64,000 bases of DNA from Octopus sinensis. Lineage: Eukaryota. The stretch spans positions 21,700,001 to 21,764,000 of the forward strand of contig NC_042999.1 in the NCBI RefSeq assembly GCF_006345805.1, in the 5' to 3' direction. Below the pieces are notes generated by a model. It saw nothing but the letters and a program-made list of their open reading frames with translations, was not told the origin of the DNA and searched no databases. Numbering within the stretch: the stretch's first letter is position 1; every line of letters begins with the position of its first letter. Positions 53,343 through 64,000 of the stretch are shown here, piece by piece. The position numbers were made by a program, and so were the translations under genes.

Positions 53343-54149
53343 GTGGGGTATTTGTGTTTGTGTATGAATGTATGCATCTATATGTAGATTGATAGACAGA
53401 TACATAGATAGCGATATACGTAGGTAAGTGCTTAACTATAATTCTACTTGTAATTATACACCGTATGAAAGTATATGCACGTACACATCCAGATATACAG
53501 TTACTTATCTAATTATATACATGATCGTATTCATAATTATATAGATTTATGTATGCGATTGAATAATATAATCGATTCAGAAGTTATTTGGTTACGATAT
53601 CAACCTAAAAATATATTATATTTAAATTTATAGAGTTTGTCTACTTGTTACTCACAACACTCATAAATTGTTTGTTTTCTGACCAGATTCTCATTTCATA
53701 CTCAGTTAACCTAACTTCGTAGTATCAGGAAAAAAAACAAAAGGATGACTACTTTTTTACTTGAATTAACATTTTAATTCTCGTGGCGGATAGGCAGACA
53801 CAGCTATTATTATTCCCTTCACGATCTCACTGGTATTATTACGTTCGTTGAAACCAGAGTGCTGTTTTTCATCAGAGCTGTCACCAGTGGACTCAAGACA
53901 ATGAAATGTTAGCCACTTAATCCATTATAACACTTCGAAAGATGAACTCTTCACAATGTCTAAGCGTCAAGTAGCGAACGAAGGTTAAAGAATTAGTTAA
54001 AAAAGAAAATCGACCATATCAATTTTTATTTGTAAAATCGGAGATCATTTTTTATTTGTAACATCGGAGACCTAGTCAAATATCTTACAACCGTGTAATT
54101 TCAAGCATATAAAAGAATAAAGGATGCATTATTAAATGATATAAACAAA

Positions 54150-54560
54150 ACGGCCAGCTGGCAGAAACGTTAGCACGCCGAGCGAAATGCGTAGCCGTAT
54201 TTCGTCTGCCGTTACGTTCTGAGTTCAAATTCCGCCGAGGTCGACTTTACCTTTCATCCTTTCGGGGTCGATTAAATAAGTACCAGTTACGCACTGGGTT
54301 CGATATAATTGACTTAGTTCATTTGTCTATTCTTGTTTGTCCTCTCTGTGTTTAACCGTTGTGGGTAGTCAAGAAATACGTATTTCGTCTGCCGTTACGT
54401 TCTGAGTTCAAATTTCGCCGAGGTCGACTTTGCCTTTCATCTTTTCGGGGTCGACAAATCAAGTACCAGTTACGCACTGGGGTCGATGTAATCACTTAAT
54501 CCGTCTGTCTGTCATTGTCTTCCCCTCTATGTTTAGCCCCTTGTGGGTAATTAAGAAACA
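54150..54560 (+). mobile_element. SINE family 2 with partial tandem second copy
   Basis: Same head-less second unit architecture as 51562. Confidence 0.87.
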
Positions 54561-55452
54561 GATATAAACACAACGGCTAAAATAATAGTCAACAACCAAA
54601 TATTTGAAGATATGTGAGAGACCTCGAACTCAAATTCAGCCACCACACCAATCATTCCTTCAAAATCTGATTTACGCATCAATAGTAAGAAAATCGCCGA
54701 CATTCATACCAAGAATATAAGAGCACACCACACTGTATTTCTAGAGTACTCTATATCGTGGAATCGGTTTATTTTGAAATGATTCCAAACAAAATGGATT
54801 GTCATTCCTTGTAGCCTAACAAACAAAGGCTTCATGATCACAACCAATACTGAGGACTGCTTTCATATTTGCCACACCAATAAGACCATAGTTCTATACA
54901 CATCTCCATGCCAGTGTAGAGTATACTCATAGATGCATATACACATGTGAAACGTTATCAATACGTATACAGAAAGTTAGTTGCACACGCGTGCATGTAA
55001 CAATATATACATAATCGCAGTATTGTAGGCTAAAGATTCTTGAGTGAAACGTTATGATATTTACCGTTAGTAAAATATTCCTTTTTTAATCTATAATCAA
55101 TTATGGAAGGCTATAAAGCAGAAGGATGAGGGAGTTTCATATGTACCCTGTAAGGAAATTTTCAGGTGTGAAATATAATGATTTTAAGATTTTGTGTTTG
55201 CAGTATTTAGTATTTCAAAGAGAAGAATTTCGTAGGATTTAGCAGTAGGAAGTTTTTGGTTTACTTGCTATGGTTCTGCATAGAACGATATTTTCACTTA
55301 GTACTGAATTAATATTTTTTATAAATTTAGTCTCCTTGTATATTTAAATATTGACATTTGATTTTACGTTTTGTTCCACGAATTGTATACGTGTGTTGAT
55401 AATATCTTACTTTGAACTGTTTCATGTTCACCTTATATGTGTGACCACAATC

Positions 55453-55501
<49 letters not shown>

Positions 55502-55513
55502 CATATTTATATA

Positions 55514-55549
<36 letters not shown>

Positions 55550-55881
55550 TGTATGTATACATATGTGAGTGTATACACAAACACAAATATATAGTAACTG
55601 ACACTCCATCAGTTGCAACGACGGGAGAGTTGAAGTTGATCCGACTAACGGTACAGTCTCCTCGGGAATCTAACTTTCTGACTACTCCACAGCTTTTCAT
55701 CACCGCGCAGAAAGTGACAAGGCTCCTCCTTTGAAATGCAGATACTCCAGGCGAGTGGAATGGACCAACGTGAAATAAAGTGTCTTGCTGAAGGACACAA
55801 TTCAACGCCGCGAATCCAACTCACGACATTATAATCGCGATCCGAATACGATAATCACGAACCACGCCCCTTCCCCATATG

Positions 55882-56045
<164 letters not shown>

Positions 56046-56322
56046 ATGTTGATATTCGCACACACACACATACATAGGCACGTATGTATGTAAGTGTATA
56101 AATACACTTAGATATACACACATACAAATATATATATATATATATATATTTATATAGATAAACATATATAAATGTACACATATATATATATATACATATA
56201 TAAATATCTATCTATCTATATACAAGCATTTATATATATGCATGTATGTTTGAATGGATGTATGAGACTGTATGTATATATGTATATATATCTATACATA
56301 TACACATATCTATACATATATA

Positions 56323-56373
<51 letters not shown>

Positions 56374-57053
56374 TGTATATATATATAACCATTAGTATGC
56401 ATATATATATAAGCATTAGATGTCGTTGATACATTGGTATTCGATTATAAAACAACTAACCTCAAATAGATTTTAAAATAGAATAATTGTATTCAAGTCC
56501 TATTACATCCTTATGAACTCCACTGAACTGTTACGTTTTATTTAAAACCAACCTATTCTAGTTGATTATTGATTGGAGTAAGAAAAAAATAATATATTTT
56601 TAAAACATTATTTATAGCTTTTAAAATCAAAATCTCCAAATCTAATTTAGAAATTTCCATTAATTTTGATTTAAGAATTTATAAAGTCATCATGATATAC
56701 AAAAATGAAAGCCCAAATCTGAAAGACGGAAATACTTCAAATAAATGTGTACACAGCTACTTTTAATTTAAGATAGTAAGGTTATATTTTGTATAGTGTG
56801 TATATATATATAAATGTGTGTGCGCGTGTGTGTGTTTGTGTGTGTATGTCTGTAGATTCCCGTGCGTTTAAATTTATGTATCCGTAAGTAGTTTTGTGTG
56901 TTTGAGCTAATGTTCTCAATTCCCGTTAATTTTCGTACTCATGATGTAATATGCTATATTACTATCAGTTCAAGGAAATGTTTATCAAATACAGCTATTT
57001 ATAACATCGACAATTACTCGTTTCCATATAAACATGTATGTATGAGTATAGAC

Positions 57054-57092
<39 letters not shown>

Positions 57093-57102
57093 CATACATA
57101 CA

Positions 57103-57190
<88 letters not shown>

Positions 57191-57193
<3 letters not shown>

Positions 57194-58816
57194 TTGCGGC
57201 CAAAATGTTCAGAACGGCATTGTTTTCGCCAGAAAAGTAAGTATAAGTTTTTATCAAAGTTGTTTTTTATTCTATAATTTTCACAGACAATAAATGGGAT
57301 ATTATTTGTTATTTTCTGATATTTTGGTGTAATTTGAGAGGATAATGCAAAAGTTATGAATGATTTAGTGATTTACTGCAAAACCCATGGCGGCCAAAAT
57401 GATCAGAACTGTTGCTTTTACTCCGTGTTTTAGTATATTTAACCGGCGAACTCTAATGTTTTGAATTTGTTTACATGATGGTTCTTTTACTAAACATTAG
57501 TAAGAATATCTGCAGTGTACTTTGTTAATATAATGTCACTTACTCCGTTACCAATTCGTCAGCAGATTATTAAGCTTCGAAAGAAGGATAATTTAAGTAT
57601 TGGGTCTATTGCAAAGATTGTTAACAAGTCAAAAAGTGTTGTTTACGGTATTCTTAAGGTCTTCGATGATTGTGGTTCGTGTGAAGCAAGAAGGTCTACA
57701 AGTAGGCCAAGAAAAACAACCAAGAGAGAAGATCGTGCTATGGTAAAGTGGGTTAAAAAGGACAGATTTAAAACTGCTGCTGCTGTTTCTCGGGAAATGA
57801 GCATTGTACTGAAGAAAACGTTATCTCGAAAAACTGTGTCTCATCGTTTAGTTGAACATAACCTACAAGCAAGATCACATGCAGTGAAGCCACTGATTAG
57901 CTCCAAAAATAAAAAGTGTCGTCTTACCTTTGCAACCGAACATGTGTTGTGGTCTCAAGAAAAATGGCAAACGGTGCATTTCAGTGATGAATCTAAGTTT
58001 GTGATATTTGGCTCAGATGGGAAAAGGTACGTTCGTTGAAAAGTAGGTGAAAAATTGTCGCCTAAATGCCTTAAGACTAGTGTTAAATTCGGTGGAGGAA
58101 ATGTCATGGTTTGGGGAATGATATCTGGAGATGGTGTGGGCTCTTTGGTGCGATTACACGGAAAGGTAAATGCAGGAGTTTATAAACAACTTGTAAAAGG
58201 TCATGTCTTGCCTGTGCTGAGAAATTCAACTAAGCGACCACCCATATTCATGCAGGACAATGCCCCATGTCACAAGGCTAAGGTGCTCATGAACTTCCTC
58301 AAGGCTGAAAAGGTTATTATTATGGGTTGGCCTGCTCAAAGCCCAGATCTCAATCCTATTGAAAATGTGTGGAATATTCTAGGAGAACGTTCGAAAGCCA
58401 GAAATCCTAAAACAACCGAACAATTATGGGATGCCCTTCAGGAAGAATGGAATAAGATCACCTCGCAAGAAATTGAAAATTTAATTTCCTCATGCAGGCA
58501 AAGATGTCAAAGTGTGATTGAAGCTAAAGGGCTTCATACTAAATATTAAATAATTCCAGTATTCTCTGTCATTTTTGAGTATTTTATTATTTTTTCAACC
58601 GTTCTGATCATTTTGGCCGCCATGGGTGTTGCAGTAAATCACTAAATTATCCATAACTTTTGTATTATCCTCTCAAATTACACCAAAATCTCAGACAATA
58701 ACGATTGATACTGTATGTATTGTCTGTTAAAATTATAGAACATAAAACAACTTTGATAAAAATTTATACTTACTTTTCTGGCGAAATCAATGCCGTTCTG
58801 AACATTTTGGCCGCAA

Positions 58817-58819
<3 letters not shown>
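57191..58819 (+). mobile_element. Tc1-family DD34E transposon with about 225 bp IR/DR-type TIRs, inserted in (TA)n
   Basis: Ends cagttgcggccaaaatgttcagaac / gttctgaacattttggccgcaactg; inner repeats ggcggccaaaatgatcagaac (about 57389) and mirror (about 58600). Confidence 0.96.
57533..58549 (+). pseudogene. Tc1 transposase, 338 codons with one internal TGA (58037-58039)
   Basis: ORFs 57515-58039 and 58055-58549 are in the same frame. FSDESKF, MQDNAPCH, SPDLNPIE; 34 residues between D and E. Confidence 0.93.
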
Positions 58820-58902
<83 letters not shown>

Positions 58903-58904
<2 letters not shown>

Positions 58905-60445
58905 TGTAGCAGAATTACCTGCTATTGCTCTGGTTTAAAAGAATTTGATATTTCGTCCTTAACTTGATATATATTCTTGATATTTATAGTGATTAATGAT
59001 TTTTTACAATATTGGCCCAGCAACAAATTTTGTGAGATCACCAAGAATAACAAACTTGAAATAAAAAGTACATAAGAGGAAATTATGATATATATACAGC
59101 ATTATGTGTTTTCCCAATGGAGTATCAAAGAAAAGCTCTCTTTAAATTTTCAACATGCGATCTTTCAACATACTAATGCCCATGAGAGAATTAAGGTCCC
59201 ACAGATTGCAAAACACATACTGATCATGCGTGGCCCTGAAATTGGCTGATGGACATGGCAGGACTCTGTCTCAGAGGAAACGACACTCATTTAAACTGTA
59301 CTGGTAAAACTGTGGTTACTAACGGAATTCTTAAAATTAATACATTATTGCCTGCTTCTCATCTGGAGTGTATATAGCATACTTTATAGCATACAGCATC
59401 ATTTTTTCACAATAAGTCTTGTCACTTTGCTCACTTTTGGAAGCTCCGAATTTGTTGGAAGCATTATATGTGCTCCAATTTTCGAGCCAATCTCATCAGG
59501 AAGTAATTTTATGGTTCCAGAGAGTTTCAAAACTGGAATGAATAATTTGCTATTTCTGATTGATCAGCAAATGTTTCAATAGATCTGGAAGATTGATAAT
59601 TCACAGGAAGGCATATTAAAAGATCAAAGTTTATTTCATTTACTGTTACATTCTTTGGGTCTAGAATTACCCTTTGATTCAACCATTTGTGATCCTTATA
59701 ATGTGCACTGATATTTGTGAAAGTTTTATTGAGTTCTGTTTCTAATTTCACCATTGTGTAAATAGAGGATCGACTTACTGCATCTTCTTTGCCTTCAAGT
59801 ACTCTTCTTTTTCCGAATATTAACGTCTTGAGAAATCTGTCCAGATAATCTATCAACATAGAGAAACACTCGCATATTTGTTTTATGCTTCATTAATTTG
59901 ATGCGGTGCACACAGATCCGAAGGTTTAAAGCATGTACAAATGCCATCTGCTTTCTTTCCCTTTGCAATTACTGGAAGGATTTGTCCAAAATCACCGGAG
60001 ACTTTTGTGATACATTTAAAAATAAAATACGTCTTATACGCCGGCAAAGTCGGAACATGTAATGCAGGCTGACAATCCTTAAATGCATATAATATATAAC
60101 GAATGAACTTATATATGTTTGACGCTTTAGCACTAAATATGTGTTTTGCAATTTGTTGGACCTTAATTCTCTCATGGGCAATAGTATGTTGAATGATCAC
60201 GTGTTGAAACTTAGAGAGAGCTTTTCATTGATACTCCACTGGGAAAACTGGGAAAACCTCATAATGCTGTATATACATCATAATTTCCTTTTATGTACTT
60301 AATACTGTTACTGATCTCACTGAATTTGTTGCTGGGCCAATATTGTAAATAAAATATTAATCACAATAAATATTAAAAATATATATCAAGTTTAGGATGA
60401 AATATCAAATTCTTTTTAACCGGAGCAATAGCAGGTAATTATGTT

Positions 60446-60450
<5 letters not shown>
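58903..60450 (-). mobile_element. Long-TIR (about 315 bp) non-autonomous element enclosing a decayed PIF1/Helitron-type helicase fragment
   Basis: TIRs 58903-59218 and 60139-60450. Inner minus-strand translation: GDFGQILPVIAKG, WLNQRVILDPKNVTVNEIN, SKIGAHIML, RIPLV..LPVQFK...AMSISQFQG. Confidence 0.82.
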
Positions 60451-60489
<39 letters not shown>

Positions 60490-60493
<4 letters not shown>

Positions 60494-60858
60494 TAGCTTC
60501 CTAACCAACCACATGGTTCCGGGTTCAGTCCCACTGCGTGACATCTTGGGCAAGTGTCTTCTGCTACAGCCCCGGGCTGACCAATGCCTTGTGAGTGGAT
60601 TTGGTAGTCGGAAACTGAAAGAAGCCTGTCGTATATATGTATATATATGTGTGTGTGTATGTCTGTGTTTGTCGCCCTAGCATTGGTTGACAACCGATGC
60701 TGGTGTCTTTACGCCCCTGTTACTTAGCGGTTCGGCAAAAGAGACCGATATAATAAGTACTGGGCTTAAAAAGAATAAGTCCCAGGGTCGATTTGCTCGA
60801 CTAAAACCGGTGCTCCAGCATGGCCGCAGTCAAATGACTGAAACAAGTAAAAGAATAT
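60490..60858 (+). mobile_element. SINE family 1
   Basis: aagtagcttcctaaccaaccacatgg...gaaacaagtaaaaga. Confidence 0.9.
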
Positions 60859-61094
60859 ATATATAAAATCCAGTAGATATAAGAAGGAATATATTTGTTT
60901 CGAAAATAGCGTATCTAGGGTGACATTAAATGTCATAGTATGACTCAGATATATTTATCTACTTCTAACTGAACTTCCAGAGACGACGACCAGTCATATG
61001 CTCAAGGACGGCTTGTTTATAATATTGATAAATAAATTTAAGCTCCACTCAGTCACATGAAGCCCCACTCAGTGATATTCAAGCAGAAATTCGC

Positions 61095-61590
61095 ATCATC
61101 AGTTTGGAACCCCTATCTTGCTCAGAACATTGACCTCCTGGAATCTGTCCAAAGACGTGCAACCAAACGCATACCCTCCATCTGACACCTACCATATTCT
61201 GAGCGCCTTGTTTCCCTGGGCATGGATACACTGAGGCTCCGGCGTCTGGCGACGGACTTGGTAAACACCCACAAAGTTATCAACCACCTCACCAACAACA
61301 ACACTGAACACCTTTTTGATCTCCATGTGTCTAACACACGTGGACATGCCTACAAAGTCAGAAAACAACACAGCTCCCATGACTTTCGGAAACATTTTTT
61401 CACGCTCAGAGTTGCTGAAGCATGGAATAAACTGCCTGCATCAGTTGTTGACTGCCATGACACTGCATCCTTTAAGGCCCTCATGCTTTCCGAAATCCGC
61501 CGAAACTACACCTGATTATATATACACTTTAGATGAGTTGTAGTGCACCTGAGCACTGTACACAATTATTATTATTATTATTATTATTAT
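61095..61590 (+). mobile_element. CR1-group LINE 3' fragment with (ATT)n tail
   Basis: LLESVQRRATKRI...YSERLVSLGMDTLRLRRL...NTRGH...FFTLRVAEAWNKLP. Confidence 0.87.
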
Positions 61591-62016
61591 TTACATACTG
61601 AAATTCAAGAAACGTCTTGTTTATAATACTGATAAATCAATATAAGTCCCTCTCAGTTATATGATATACAAAAAAGAAATTAAGCATCTGCTGAAAACAA
61701 AGATAGCATTGTAATGGCTGAAAACAAAGATAGCATTGTTAGTCTCAATATGAAAGACCAAAGTGTTTCCTAATGATCGAGAACTACTTAAATTAAGTTC
61801 AGTTACACTACACCCATTTTAAGTACCATTCATTTTAAGTACTATAAATAATAGTATATATCCCAAATACAAATAACTTTGAAATAGTAAGTGTTGCTGT
61901 TGTTTGTGTCTTCTAAATATTATATTTTCTCTTCATTACAAAAAAGGGGTTCATGAAAATATATAAATATATATATATATGTATATATATATTATGCATA
62001 CCTTTCATCAACCCCT

Positions 62017-62061
<45 letters not shown>

Positions 62062-62067
<6 letters not shown>

Positions 62068-62330
62068 ATTAGAGATAAAACCACTATTAGGCAAATCAAA
62101 CAATGAAAAACTTAAGCCAATACATAAAATTAATTAACTTATATTATTTTAAATATATATCAAAAGTGTTAAAAGTTTAATAAAAGATAATGAGTAAAAC
62201 ACATTATCTTTTATTAAACTTTTAATACTTTTGATATATATTTAAAATAATATAAATTAATTAATTTTACGTATTGACTTAAGTTTTCCATTGTTTGATT
62301 TGCCTAATAGTGGTTTTATCTCTAATATAA
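62062..62330. repeat. AT-rich hairpin, arms about 130 bp, 9 nt loop
   Basis: ttagagataaaaccactattaggcaaatcaaacaatg / cattgtttgatttgcctaatagtggttttatctctaa. One arm also occurs at about 24820-24866. Confidence 0.92.
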
Positions 62331-62424
62331 TATAATATAATATAATATATTTATACTATAAAATTGGATTTAATCCTAAATCTGATTTTATCTGTAAGTT
62401 TGGATATATTCCCTAATATTTTAT

Positions 62425-62512
<88 letters not shown>

Positions 62513-63212
62513 TATATGTATTTAAGGATTTTAAGGGATTTTGTTCTTTGATGATCAAAATGAATAGGCACTCTGTGTAAGTGCTATAATCGGTTATACG
62601 TTGGGTTCTAATTTCAAAGCTGAAGCGGGATCTAGGGATCCGTGGTGGGTTCTCGAGTTAGCAGGTATATGTATATATATAAATATTCATAATGATTTGG
62701 GACACTTGCCCTGCCTTGATTTTTGTTGTTCTCTCTCCTTTAATGTGTGTGTGGGTGTGTTGTGGCTGTGCTTGCACGTATGTGTGTGTGTGTCTAGTGT
62801 AAAGATCCTCGTAACGCGTTTGATAGTATATATGCTTTCGTTCGGTTGATACATTTCATTATATCTCGAGGTATCTTCTGTTATGGAGATGGATACGGAT
62901 CTCCTTTCTACATAGGATTAATGTAATAATGATAATACACAACCAGAATTTATCATTAGTTTTCGCAGATGCAATGAGTTAAGGGAAATTCTTCATAACT
63001 ATATAGGTATTCTGATAAGAATCTCCGTCGCTTTCATCGTGGTAACTGCTGTATACGAAGGACAAATATGAACGACATATAGCATAAGAGCATGAAGTGA
63101 GTGGACTCAACGTGTTTTAGCGACAGTACGTTTTGGCACTGGAGGCAAAGAGAGCTGGAGTGAAAGAGAGCGAGAGAGAGAAGTATGATAATGTATTATT
63201 TGGGCAGGGTTA

Positions 63213-63420
63213 ATATAAACACCGTTGGCGATTTTTTTGCCTCTGTCTTCCCTTCTCTGGATCTTTCCTTCTCCTATGTTTCCGACGAAGAGCTCCGCTC
63301 GAAACGTTAAACCCTCCTTCTTCCCTTCCTTCCTGAGCGTCCAATAATACTATATTTGTTCCACGTCCTCGCGTTGTTGTGTTTTCTCTTTGTGTTTTCA
63401 TGTTTGGATTTACTTGATAT
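63213..63420 (+). mobile_element. Family B hammerhead repeat copy 4 (motif 63278-63312)
   Basis: GUUU-CCGACGA-A-GAGC(ucc)GCUC-GAAA-CGUU-AAAC. Confidence 0.8.
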
Positions 63421-64000
63421 AAAACACTTTCTCTTTCTCCATACATATAAAGAGTAATACGCTCTCACATAGAAGAAAGAAGAAAGAAATATAAAAAGAG
63501 AGAAACCGACTGAAAATGCGATAAATATTGAAACGGGAGAGACATTAAAATATCTAATGTCAAATAAGTCAGCGTCGAATCACTGACGCAAAATAAGCGA
63601 CTGTCCGAAATCGTCTCACAAATGAGATATATTTCTTTGACTATCTAATAATTCCACCAACGCCACACTTTGGAATGCTGTCTTCGAAATCAACCAGGAA
63701 ACGATGATGATAAAGTAGACCTCATGGGAAATAGACTCGGCACGTAGAGAGCTAGCGCTATGTACGAGGATCTTTCTAACAAACGTTTTTTTATGATTCT
63801 GTTAGTTGCCCACTTCAATATTTGGTTGCTGAGGACTATACAAAACTCTGTTTCGACATTGTCAAACGCGGTAAAACATTTCGTATACATAGGTTATAAT
63901 ACTGCAGGGTTTATTCATTCATGTAACAAGGATATGATATAAACACAGGGAATGGCGCCAGCAGCTTCTTATGTGTCTGTAATTTTTATCTATAAAACAA

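Noticed and set aside
53838-53882. CTGATGA...cgaacgt on the minus strand
   Set aside because: No intact GAAA, register ambiguous, no stem I.
59472-59503. CTGATGA...GAAA on the minus strand
   Set aside because: Lies inside the PIF1 coding remnant, stem II is only 2 bp and G sits at the cleavage position; treated as chance.

Overview
AT-rich, repeat-dominated animal genomic DNA. The repeat types resemble those I recall from Octopus/coleoid cephalopods (inference, not verified). One intact host gene is supported: an intronless Toll-like receptor (LRR-TM-TIR, 14813-16930, minus strand). The rest is (TA)n, (TAA)n, (GATA)n and (CAT)n microsatellites plus mobile DNA: three tRNA-derived SINE families, CR1-group LINE fragments, R4/Dong-type RLE retrotransposon fragments embedded in (TAA)n tracts, two DD34E Tc1 elements (one nearly intact with IR/DR ends), mariner/maT/Tigger relics, a non-autonomous Helitron, a long-TIR element carrying a PIF1 helicase fragment, and many foldback elements. 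The most striking signal is not in the ORF track: about 15 type-I hammerhead ribozyme motifs, intact or decayed, from about six unrelated repeat families. Most have (near-)palindromic stem III sequences typical of the dimer-cleaving hammerheads of Penelope-like elements and retrozymes. Several sit in head-to-head palindromes, including a 3.7 kb one. No Penelope ORF was recognised in the window. All structures were folded by eye, coordinates of degenerate elements are approximate, and no cleavage activity can be shown from sequence alone.
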